Shown: positions 30,921 through 39,560 of the stretch, in pieces
Position numbering within the stretch: the first letter of the stretch is position 1
Layout: every line of letters begins with the position of its first letter
NCBI RefSeq assembly: GCF_006517175.1
Contig: NZ_CP041186.1
Coordinates: forward strand, 3,125,074 to 3,189,073
Length of the DNA: 64,000 nucleotides
DNA from: Persicimonas caeni
GTDB lineage: Bacteria; Myxococcota_A; Bradymonadia; Bradymonadales; Bradymonadaceae
Direction: 5' to 3'
Program-made: the position numbers and the translations under genes
The notes under the pieces: generated by a model
Databases searched by the model: none
Told to the model about the DNA's origin: nothing
What the model saw: the letters and a program-made list of their open reading frames with translations, nothing else

Positions 30921-33080
30921 ATGGACCCGATATCAGGAATGAGCGTGGCGACGATCGTGTTGGCGGCCGCCGCCGCGGTGATCATCCTCGGCGGCTTCGC
31001 CTTCGCCATCAAGTGCTATGTAAAGGTCGATCAGGGCCAGGCCTTGATCATCAACAAGACCACCAAAGAGCCGGAGGTCACCTTTACTGGCGGGTTGGTC
31101 ATCCCGGTGTTCAACCGCGCCGAGTACATGGATATCTCGCTGAAGACGGTCGAGATCGACCGGCGAGGCAAAGAGGGTCTGATATGTGCGGACAATATCC
31201 GCGCCGACATCAAGGTCACCTTCTTCGTGCGCATCAACAAGACCGCCGAAGACGTGCTCAAGGTCGCCCAGTCCGTGGGCTGCAAGCGCGCCTCCGACCA
31301 GGACAAAATCGAGGAGCTCTTCGTCTCGAAGTTCTCCGAGGCATTGAAGACCGTCGGTAAGCAGCTCGAGTTCGAGTCGCTGTACCAGGAGCGCGTGCAC
31401 TTCCGCGACAAGATCATCGAGATCATCGGCCAAGACCTCAACGGCTACGTCCTCGAAGACGCCGCCATCGACTACCTCGAGCAGACCCCGGTCGAGAACC
31501 TCGACCCGCAGAATATTCTCGACGCCCAGGGCATCCGTAAGATTACGGATCTGACCTCGGTCCAGCGGGTTCAGACCAACGAGTTCAGCAACAAAGCCAA
31601 GAAGGATATCGGCAAGGACGACCTCGAAACCAAGATGGCGCTGCTCGAGTACGAGCGCCAAGAGGCCGAGGCGACCGCCAAGCAGCAGCGCGAAATCGGC
31701 GTGGTCCAGGCGCGTGAGAAGGCCGAAGAGGCCGAAATCACCGCCAAGGAAGAGGCGCGCGCCCAGAAGGCGCACATCCAGGCGCAGCAAGAGATCGAAA
31801 TCCAGAAGATCAACAAGCAGCGCGAGGAAGAGGTCGCCCAGAAAAACCGCGAGCGCATCATCGCGGTCGAGACCGAAAACGTCGAAAAAGAGCGCCAGCT
31901 CCAGGTCATCAGCCGCGAGCGTGAGACCGAGCTGCAGCGCATCGAGAAGGACAAAGAGGTCGAGGTCGAGAAGAAGAATATCGCCGAGATCGTGCGCGAC
32001 CGCGTCTCGGTCGACAAGACGGTGGCCGAAGAGGAAGAGCGCATCCAAGACCTGCGCGTGATCGCCGACGCCGAGCGCCAAAAGAAAGCCGCGGTCATCG
32101 CCGCCGAAGGCGAGGCCGAGCAAGCGCTCGTCAAAGACATCAAAGAGGCCGAGGCCCAAGAGGCCGCCGCCAAGCACCGCGCCCAGCAGAAGGTCATCGA
32201 GGCCGAGGCCGAGCTCGACGCCAGCGAGCGCACCGCCAAGGCCAAAAAGCAGCTCGCCGAAGGTATCGAGGCCGAAGAGGCCGCCGCCGGCCTGGCCAAA
32301 GTCCGCGTCAAAGAGGCCGACGCTCAGGCCAACGAAAAGCAGGGTCTGGTCGACGCCCGCGTGCGCAAAGAGCAGCTGCTCGCAGAGGCCGCCGGCGAGG
32401 AAGAAAAGGGCATGGTGGAAATCCGCCTGACCGAAAAACGCGCCGAGGCCATCGAGAAGGAAGGCCTGGCCCAAGCCAAGGTCACCCGCGAGAAGGCCGT
32501 GGCCGAAGCCGCCGGCGACCAGGAAAAAGGCCTGGCGCAGGTGCGCATCAAAGAAGCCGAGGCCGACGCCATCCGCAAGGAAGGCATGGCCCGCGCCGAG
32601 GTCCGCGCCCAGCAGGGCGAGGCCGACGCCAAGGCCATCCAGGACAAGCTGGCCGCCGAGGCTGCCGGTCTGACCGAGAAGGCCGAGGCGATGAAGAACT
32701 TCGACAAGGAAGGCTACGAGTTCGAACGCTTCCAGATGGAGCTCGACCTGCAGCGCGAAATCAGCATGGAGCAGCTCGAGAAGTCGATCGAGATCGCCAA
32801 GGCGCAAGCCGCGGTGCTCGGAGACGCCTTCAAAGCCTCCAACATCAACATCGTGGGCGGCGACGACGCCTTCTTCGACAACTTCACCAAGTCGATCACC
32901 GTCGGCAAAATGGTCGAGGGGTTCATCGACACCAGCCCCACGGCCCGCAAGGTGCTCGACCAGGTCATGAACAAGGTCAGCAAGGACGAGGAGCCCGAGG
33001 CGCCCAAGGCGTCGGAGCCGACTGCATCGAAGGCTGACGACGTCGAAGAGGCGGTCACGGATCTGACGCCCGGAGAGTGA
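30921..33080 (+). CDS. Flotillin-like SPFH/Band-7 domain protein (YqiK/FloT-like) with very long E/A/K/Q-rich coiled-coil tail
   Basis: N-terminal TM helix, SPFH domain (KVDQGQALIINKTTKEP...VFNRAEYMDISLKTVEIDRRGKEGLICADNIRADIKVTFFVRIN) and flotillin-type EA repeats (AEAAGEEEKG.., AEAAGDQEKG..). Confidence 0.8.
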   Translation: MDPISGMSVATIVLAAAAAVIILGGFAFAIKCYVKVDQGQALIINKTTKEPEVTFTGGLVIPVFNRAEYMDISLKTVEIDRRGKEGLICADNIRADIKVTFFVRINKTAEDVLKVAQSVGCKRASDQDKIEELFVSKFSEALKTVGKQLEFESLYQERVHFRDKIIEIIGQDLNGYVLEDAAIDYLEQTPVENLDPQNILDAQGIRKITDLTSVQRVQTNEFSNKAKKDIGKDDLETKMALLEYERQEAEATAKQQREIGVVQAREKAEEAEITAKEEARAQKAHIQAQQEIEIQKINKQREEEVAQKNRERIIAVETENVEKERQLQVISRERETELQRIEKDKEVEVEKKNIAEIVRDRVSVDKTVAEEEERIQDLRVIADAERQKKAAVIAAEGEAEQALVKDIKEAEAQEAAAKHRAQQKVIEAEAELDASERTAKAKKQLAEGIEAEEAAAGLAKVRVKEADAQANEKQGLVDARVRKEQLLAEAAGEEEKGMVEIRLTEKRAEAIEKEGLAQAKVTREKAVAEAAGDQEKGLAQVRIKEAEADAIRKEGMARAEVRAQQGEADAKAIQDKLAAEAAGLTEKAEAMKNFDKEGYEFERFQMELDLQREISMEQLEKSIEIAKAQAAVLGDAFKASNINIVGGDDAFFDNFTKSITVGKMVEGFIDTSPTARKVLDQVMNKVSKDEEPEAPKASEPTASKADDVEEAVTDLTPGE

Positions 33081-33358
33081 CGTCGTTCGCGGAGCGGCTG
33101 CTTGCTGCCCGCGGAGCGCGCCCCGTTGTTTGGGGCGCCCGTGCAGCCCCGGGGCTCGCCCCGGGGGTTTGATCGACAATCACCACATGCGTTCGGCTAT
33201 GCGACGTTACGTTGTGCCGACACGTGGCGTTCAGAGTTGCCCCGAGTTCAGGAGACGCACGGTTAACCCCAAGGCAAGCCATGGGGCTGCACCGGCGAGG
33301 GCTCCGCTGGGGGCAAGCCCCCGCTCCGCATGATTCCGGCGTTCGCAGGCCATTTGCC

Positions 33359-36300
33359 ATGTCCGAAGAATCCCAAAAAGCCACCGAGACCCAAACCGAC
33401 CAACCCCAGGTCTCGTCGTCCAACTACGACATCATCCGCAAGCGCCTCGAAGACCAGGCGCGCCAGCTGCGTGAGCGCACCGACAAGCTCAACGCCGCCC
33501 GCGCCGACCTCTTCGGCGGCACCGAGATGACCGTCATCGGCCAAGAGCGCATCCGCACCGAGAACAACTGCATCCCGCAGGACATCGTCAACGTCGGCGG
33601 GCGCATGCTCTTTGGCTACAACGTGCATATCGGCCTGAAGACCAAGACCGAGGTCGACGACGTCTTCAGCCTGCACGCCTTCGACAAGTCCGACGACGGC
33701 TTCAAGCTCGAGTCGGTCGGCCAGGATTCGGACGCCAACTTTCTAAGCGACGCCAAGTTCGTCAAAGACTTCGACGAGCTGTACGCCTACTACAAAGACG
33801 CGCGCCTGCGGCAGCTCATCAAGCTCGAGGGCCGACTGCTGGGCATCTTCCAGATCGGCTCGACCCTCGAGGACCGCCGCGTGCTTCGCTGGGGCTTGGA
33901 CGCCCAGGAAAACGTCGAGTACATCGACAACGCCGGCGACCGCGACCTCAAGGCGCCCGACACCCACGACTTCCAGTGGCAGGGCGTCACCCGCGACGAT
34001 CACGTCAAGGGCAAGCACCCGCATATCAGCATCCTCGACGAGGTCTTCGTCGAGACCGTCGGCGGCGACCTGACCATCAAGATCGAGGACAACACCGACG
34101 ACGGCAAAGGCATCTACAGCGAGCCTGTGGAGGACCTGCACCAGTCGCTGGGCGACGGGGAGTTTTTCTGGGCCAAGATCGGCAACCTGATCTTGCTCAA
34201 GATCTTGCCGTACCGCGAGGAGGCGTGGCGCTACTTCGTCTACAACACGCTCACCCAAAAGGTGGAGCGCCTCGACGCCATCGGCCAGTCGTGCATCCGG
34301 CTGCCCGAAGACCAGGGCGTCATCTTCCCGGGCGGCTTCGTCTTGTCGAACGGCCAATCGAAGCGCTTCGACGCCACCGTCGAAGGCCTTCGCATCCACC
34401 AGGTCATCCGCTCGGCCAACGGTGAGGACGTCCTGTACGTCTTCTATCATCCCAAAGAGGGCGACTACCTACTGCTGGCCTACAACGTCATCCGCAAGGA
34501 CGTCCAAAACCCGATCAACTGCCACGGCTACTCGCTGTTCGACGACGGCACGATGATCGTGTTCCGGTTCATGGGCGACGAGCCCACGCGCATCCATCCG
34601 ATGCAGATCTGGCAGACGCCGTTTATCTCGGATGAGCACGCCGCCCAGCAGCCCAAAGACGACTCGCTGCTGAGCAATATCGGCAACGCCGAGCTGGTGC
34701 GCGGCATCTCCGACGCCTACAGCCTCTGCTCGATGGTCGGCGACCTCGAGCCGTCGATGCCGGTGTACGAGGCGCTCATCGCCACCGCCCAGAAGCTGCT
34801 CGACGCCTACTTCTGGCTCGACAAGGACGAGGCGCAAAACCTCGCCGAGGTCGCCACAGAGATCATCTCGACCGCCGAGCTCGTCATCGACGAGTTCCAG
34901 AAGGTCACCGCCCTCAAAAAGCGCGCCAAAGAGGCCCTCGAAGAGGCCGAGGCCAAGCAGCGCTCGCTCTTCACCGACGTGCGCTACCACGATTGGAACC
35001 GCATCGAGCGCTTCGTCGAGGGCCTCGACAAGCTCCGAAAGCAGCGCGGTCATCTGATCACGCTCAAGGAGATGCGCTACATCAAAGTCAGCCGCCTCGA
35101 CGAGCTCGAGGCCGAGGTCAGCGAGCGCTACGACGACCTGAGCCGGGCGACCGTCGACTTTTTGCTCCAAGACGAGGCGCTTCGCACGTATCAAGAGGGC
35201 CTCGACGAGCTCGACGCCACTGTCGAAAACCTCGAGAACACCAAGCAAGCCGCCGAGCTCGAAAAGAAGCTCGACGAGATCAACAAAGGCCTGAACCTGT
35301 TGACCGAGGTCATCAGCGGCCTGCAGATCGACGACCCCACTAAACGCACGAAAATACTGGAGAATATCGGCGAGGTCCTCAGTCGCCAGAACCGCGCCCG
35401 CGCCCGGCTCGAGCGCAACACCAAGGAGCTGCAGGAAAAAGAGGGCAAGGCCGAATTCGCCGTCCAATTCCAGCTCTTCAGCCAGAGCGTGACCAGCGCG
35501 CTGGGCATGTGCGACACGCCTGAAGCGTGCGACGAGCAGCTCACGCGTTTGATGGTCCAGCTCGAGGAGCTCGAGAGCCGCTTTAGCTCCTTCGACGGCT
35601 ATCTGGGCCGCCTCGCCGAGAAGCGCGAAGAGGTCTACGAGGTCTTCGAATCGCGCAAGCAAGCCTTGCTCGAGGAGCGCCAGCGCAAGGCGAACAACAT
35701 CGCCAGGAGCGCCGACCGCATCCTCAAGGGCGTGGTGCGCCGCGCGTCGAACATGAAGTCGGTCGACGACCTGAACGCCTACTTCGCCTCCGACGCCATG
35801 GTCATGAAGGTGCGCGACCTGGTGACCAAGCTTCGCGAGCTCGAAGAGGACGTCAAAGCCGACGACATCACCACCCAGCTCAAGGCCGCCAAAGACAAAG
35901 CGGTGCGCCAGCTCCGCGACAAGCTCGACCTGTTCGAAGGTGGCGACAACGTCATCAAGTTCGGCCAGCACCGCTTCAGCGTGAACACCCAGTCGCCCGA
36001 GATGACGATGGTGCCGCGCGAGGTCGACGGCGAGCCGCGCATGGCGCTGCACATCACGGGCACCGACTTCTTCGAGATCATCGACGACGAGGAGTTCAAC
36101 AAAACCCGGCGCTTCTGGGACCAGCACCTCATCTCGGAGACCGACACCGTCTACCGCGGCGAGTACTTGGCCGCCTCGATTCTCTTCGACGCCGAAGCGG
36201 GCGAAAACGAGCTGACGGTCGCCGAGTTGCAGCGCCGCAAAAAGTCCGAGAAGGGCCTGCAGCCGCTCATCCGCGAGTACATGAACGAGCGCTACGACGA

Positions 36301-38749
36301 GGGCTACGAGCGCGGCGTCCACGACGAGGACACCGCTAAAATTCTCGGAGCGTTCTTGGGCATGTACGCCACCGCCGGCCTGCTGCGCTTTACGCCGCGC
36401 GCCCGGGCGCTGGCGACGATGTTCTGGACGTTCGCCGAGCAACCCGACCGGCGCAAGAACTGGGGCCGAAGAGGCGTGAGCCTCGGGCGTCTGCGCGAGA
36501 TCTTCGAGCACGGCAAGCCGCTCGAGGCATTGGGCGAAGAGCTCGCCCAAGAGATAGAAGCGTTCGCCGCCACCTTCGGTGCGGGGGCATCCCTGCCCTC
36601 GCCGCGAGAGCTAGAAGCACTCGCACCGAAAAAGGGCCTCTGCCGCGAAGCCGGACGCTACCTCGCCGAAGAGCTCGTCGACACCAACCCCCGCTTCGTC
36701 GAATCGAGCGAAGCGGTCGCCCTGCGCGACAAGTTCTTCAACTATCTCGACCAAAAGCACACTCGCCTCGACTTCGACGAGGACTTGAAGCAACTCCAAG
36801 GCAACCTCGCCGCGCGCTGGGAGCTCGTCATCGCCTGGCTCACGGGCTTCGCCGACAGCCAGCTCGACGACGACATGTCGCACCTGATCCCCGAGGTCGC
36901 CGCGCTGATCTTGACCGACGGCACCCTCGAGCGGCAGACCGCGCAGGCGCGCACCACCGCCGAAGTCACCGACCTTCTGGGCGACCACCCGCGCATCGAC
37001 GGCGGCGCGCTCGAGCTTCGCCTCGACGAGTTTTTGACCCGGCTTCGCCGCTATATCGACGAGCACGTCCCCGCCTACAAGGAGTACAAAAAGCTCAGCC
37101 GCGACTTGCTCGAGCGCGAGCGCCGGCGCCTTCGCGTCGACAGCCTCGAGCCGCAGGTCTTCAGCGGATTCGTGCGCAACCGCCTCATCGACGAGGTCTA
37201 CCTGCCGCTCATCGGCGACAACCTCGCCAAGCAGATGGGCACCGTCGGCGAGGACAGCCGCTCGGACCGAAGCGGCCTGCTCCTGCTCATCTCGCCGCCC
37301 GGCTACGGCAAGACGACCTTGATGGAGTATATCGCCGACCGCCTCGGCCTGATGTTCATGAAGATCAACGCACCCAGCCTGGGTCACGACGTCACCTCGC
37401 TCGACCCCGACGAGGCGCCCAACGCCACCGCGCGAAACGAGGTCGAAAAGATCAACCTCGCCCTCGAGATGGGCAACAACGTGATGCTCTATCTCGACGA
37501 TATCCAGCACACCCACCCCGAATTCTTGCAGAAATTCATCTCGCTATGCGACGCCACCCGCCGCATCGAGGGTGTCTGGAACGGACGCACCAAGACCTAC
37601 GACCTTCGCGGCAAGCGCTTCTCGGTGGTCATGGCCGGTAACCCGTACACCGAGTCGGGCGAGCGCTTCACGATCCCCGACATGCTCGCCAACCGCGCCG
37701 ACACCTACAACCTGGGCGACATCCTCAGCGGCAAGCAGGACGCCTTCGAGATGAGCTATATCGAAAACGCGCTCACCTCGAACAAGGTCACCGCCCCGCT
37801 CGTCACCCGCGAGCGCCAAGACATCATGCGCTTCATGAAGATGGTCGACGGCCAGCAAATCCCGCTGACCGAGTTCGACCACGCCTACTCGTCAGTGGAG
37901 GCCGGCGAGATCGTCAACGTGCTCGAAAAGCTGGTGCAAATCCGCGACGTGGTGCTCAAGGTCAACCAGCAGTACATCATCTCGGCGGGCAAAAAGGACG
38001 AGTACCGCACCGAGCCGCCCTTCCAGCTGCAGGGCAGCTACCGCAACATGGGCCGCATGACCGAGAAGGTCGCCTCGGCGATGAACGACCGCGAGGTCCA
38101 AGAGATCATCGACAACCACTACAACCAGGAATCCCAGACGCTCACCACCGGCTCCGAGCAAAACCTGCTCAAGCTCGCCGAGCTTCGTGGCACCTTGACC
38201 GAGGAGCAAAAAGAGCGTTGGGAAGAGATCAAACGCGAGTACAAACGCCGCAAGATGATGGGCGGCGACGACGACCCCGTCAGCCGCGTCGCCGGCCCCC
38301 TGGCCACGCTCGTCCAACGCCTCGAAGACGTCCACACCGCCCTGCAGACCGACACGGTCTCCGGCGAGCTGGGCGAAATCCGCGGGGTGCTCGAAAAGGC
38401 CGTCGATTCGGCAGCCAAAGCCACAGCCAAAAAGCCGTCGACCGTCGACCGCCCCAAGCCCAAACAACAGCAGCCGGCAGCAACCGCCCCGGCCACCGCC
38501 GAAGCCTTGTCCGAAGCCCTGCTCTCCCTGCAACAAGCCAAGCTCGAGGTCCAGGTCGTCGGCGACATGCCCTCGAAACTCGGCGAGGTCCTCGAGAGCC
38601 AACTCGGCCTCATCGAAAGCGCCATCTTGCCCTTGGCCAAATTCGTCTACCGCGAAGCCGAAGACGACAAACGCCGCGACGCCCAACTCGACGAGGTCAT
38701 GCGCAAGCTCGACGCGCTGCGCGGCACGCCCGTGCCGGAAGGCGAGTAA
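33359..38749 (+). CDS. Giant (~1796 aa) multidomain protein: N-terminal beta-rich domain, extended coiled coils, C-terminal dynein/MoxR-like (AAA_5-type) ATPase. Function unknown
   Basis: Uninterrupted ORF (track 33212-38749; start placed at MSEESQKATE). Walker A LLLISPPGYGKTTL, Walker B VMLYLDDIQH, sensor-1-like VVMAGNPYTE. About 500 aa of heptad-rich sequence between the N-terminal and ATPase domains. Co-directional with and 130 bp downstream of the flotillin gene. Confidence 0.6.
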   Translation: MSEESQKATETQTDQPQVSSSNYDIIRKRLEDQARQLRERTDKLNAARADLFGGTEMTVIGQERIRTENNCIPQDIVNVGGRMLFGYNVHIGLKTKTEVDDVFSLHAFDKSDDGFKLESVGQDSDANFLSDAKFVKDFDELYAYYKDARLRQLIKLEGRLLGIFQIGSTLEDRRVLRWGLDAQENVEYIDNAGDRDLKAPDTHDFQWQGVTRDDHVKGKHPHISILDEVFVETVGGDLTIKIEDNTDDGKGIYSEPVEDLHQSLGDGEFFWAKIGNLILLKILPYREEAWRYFVYNTLTQKVERLDAIGQSCIRLPEDQGVIFPGGFVLSNGQSKRFDATVEGLRIHQVIRSANGEDVLYVFYHPKEGDYLLLAYNVIRKDVQNPINCHGYSLFDDGTMIVFRFMGDEPTRIHPMQIWQTPFISDEHAAQQPKDDSLLSNIGNAELVRGISDAYSLCSMVGDLEPSMPVYEALIATAQKLLDAYFWLDKDEAQNLAEVATEIISTAELVIDEFQKVTALKKRAKEALEEAEAKQRSLFTDVRYHDWNRIERFVEGLDKLRKQRGHLITLKEMRYIKVSRLDELEAEVSERYDDLSRATVDFLLQDEALRTYQEGLDELDATVENLENTKQAAELEKKLDEINKGLNLLTEVISGLQIDDPTKRTKILENIGEVLSRQNRARARLERNTKELQEKEGKAEFAVQFQLFSQSVTSALGMCDTPEACDEQLTRLMVQLEELESRFSSFDGYLGRLAEKREEVYEVFESRKQALLEERQRKANNIARSADRILKGVVRRASNMKSVDDLNAYFASDAMVMKVRDLVTKLRELEEDVKADDITTQLKAAKDKAVRQLRDKLDLFEGGDNVIKFGQHRFSVNTQSPEMTMVPREVDGEPRMALHITGTDFFEIIDDEEFNKTRRFWDQHLISETDTVYRGEYLAASILFDAEAGENELTVAELQRRKKSEKGLQPLIREYMNERYDEGYERGVHDEDTAKILGAFLGMYATAGLLRFTPRARALATMFWTFAEQPDRRKNWGRRGVSLGRLREIFEHGKPLEALGEELAQEIEAFAATFGAGASLPSPRELEALAPKKGLCREAGRYLAEELVDTNPRFVESSEAVALRDKFFNYLDQKHTRLDFDEDLKQLQGNLAARWELVIAWLTGFADSQLDDDMSHLIPEVAALILTDGTLERQTAQARTTAEVTDLLGDHPRIDGGALELRLDEFLTRLRRYIDEHVPAYKEYKKLSRDLLERERRRLRVDSLEPQVFSGFVRNRLIDEVYLPLIGDNLAKQMGTVGEDSRSDRSGLLLLISPPGYGKTTLMEYIADRLGLMFMKINAPSLGHDVTSLDPDEAPNATARNEVEKINLALEMGNNVMLYLDDIQHTHPEFLQKFISLCDATRRIEGVWNGRTKTYDLRGKRFSVVMAGNPYTESGERFTIPDMLANRADTYNLGDILSGKQDAFEMSYIENALTSNKVTAPLVTRERQDIMRFMKMVDGQQIPLTEFDHAYSSVEAGEIVNVLEKLVQIRDVVLKVNQQYIISAGKKDEYRTEPPFQLQGSYRNMGRMTEKVASAMNDREVQEIIDNHYNQESQTLTTGSEQNLLKLAELRGTLTEEQKERWEEIKREYKRRKMMGGDDDPVSRVAGPLATLVQRLEDVHTALQTDTVSGELGEIRGVLEKAVDSAAKATAKKPSTVDRPKPKQQQPAATAPATAEALSEALLSLQQAKLEVQVVGDMPSKLGEVLESQLGLIESAILPLAKFVYREAEDDKRRDAQLDEVMRKLDALRGTPVPEGE

Positions 38750-38770
38750 CCCAATCGGTCAATTGTTCGA

Positions 38771-38980
38771 CATCTTCCTCCCCCGCGTAGCGAGGGGAGG
38801 ACCGAGGAGGGGCGTCCCTTTCCATGTAGCGAAGCGAAATGGAGAGGGATTCAGGGAGAGGCCCCTACTACAATCGCCCGCAAGCAATCCGCCCCCCGCT
38901 ACGGGCAACGCACGTCGGCTACGCCTCCGTGCTCGCCCGCAGCTAAAAGTTCGTATCACCCACAAGGGGTTCGAGGACGA
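38771..38980. repeat. Composite repeat: half of a family-A element (catcttcctcccc...ggaggaccgaggagg) followed by a family-B element (ccgctacgggcaacg...ctcgcccgcagctaaaagttcgtatcacccacaaggggttcgagg)
   Basis: Sequence identity to 48056-48265 and to the B copies at 39285 and 39455. Confidence 0.8.
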
Positions 38981-39096
38981 GAAGCGGCTTCGTGGTTAGC
39001 AACCGCCGGGAAGCAACCCATTGGAACGAGCGTCGATCGTTGCTAGAATCCGAGTAGGCGCCCACACTTGGGCTGTGAGCATAGGAGGTGCTTCAA

Positions 39097-39395
39097 TGCC
39101 GCGTACCGAAATCAAAGAGCAAGCCCACAAACTTGTCGATGAACTACCAGACGACGCGACTTGGGAGGACCTCGAGTACAAGATCTATGTGCGTCGCAAG
39201 ATAGAGCGTGGCCTCGAGAGTATCGAGAAGGGAGAGACCGTGAGTACCGATGAGGTACGCGCACGCTTCGGACTGGATAAGAGAAGCTACGGGCAACGCA
39301 CGTCGGCTACGCCTCCGTGCTCGCCCGCAGCTAAAAGTTCCGTATCACCCACAAGGGGTTCGAGGTTGGAGTCCTGGCAGGAGAATGCATTTTGA
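39097..39395 (+). CDS. Small antitoxin-like/addiction-module-like protein (about 60-aa native core; C-terminal about 36 aa read through a repeat element)
   Basis: AGGAGG 7 nt upstream of ATG. The core MPRTEIKEQAHKLVDELPDDATWEDLEYKIYVRRKIERGLESIEKGETVSTDEVRARFGLDK resembles small antitoxin-type proteins. The reading frame then continues into the family-B repeat copy. Confidence 0.4.
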
Positions 39396-39542
39396 GCCGT
39401 CCGGAGCCTGTTGCTCAATTGTCTCGAACGGGCCGTTTGGGCAGGACCGACGATCGTGGAACCCCTTGTGGGTGCAAAAGAATTTGTAGCTGCGGGCGAG
39501 CGAGGCGTCCCGAAGGGCGCCGAGAGTTGCCCGTAGCGGGGT
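39285..39542. repeat. Family-B repeat pair in inverted orientation (39285-39366 direct, 39455-39542 inverted) forming a long hairpin with about 90-nt spacer
   Basis: cccacaaggggttcgagg ... cctcgaaccccttgtggg arms and the agctacgggcaacg.../...cgttgcccgtagc outer arms. Confidence 0.8.
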
Positions 39543-39560
39543 TTGTCCTTGCCTTCCACC

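Noticed and set aside
33212-33358. Upstream extension of the giant ORF (MCRHVAFRVAPSSGDARLTP...)
   Set aside because: Arg/Pro/Gly-rich GC-artefact composition with no RBS. The downstream MSEESQKATE start gives a cleaner N-terminus. This remains uncertain.
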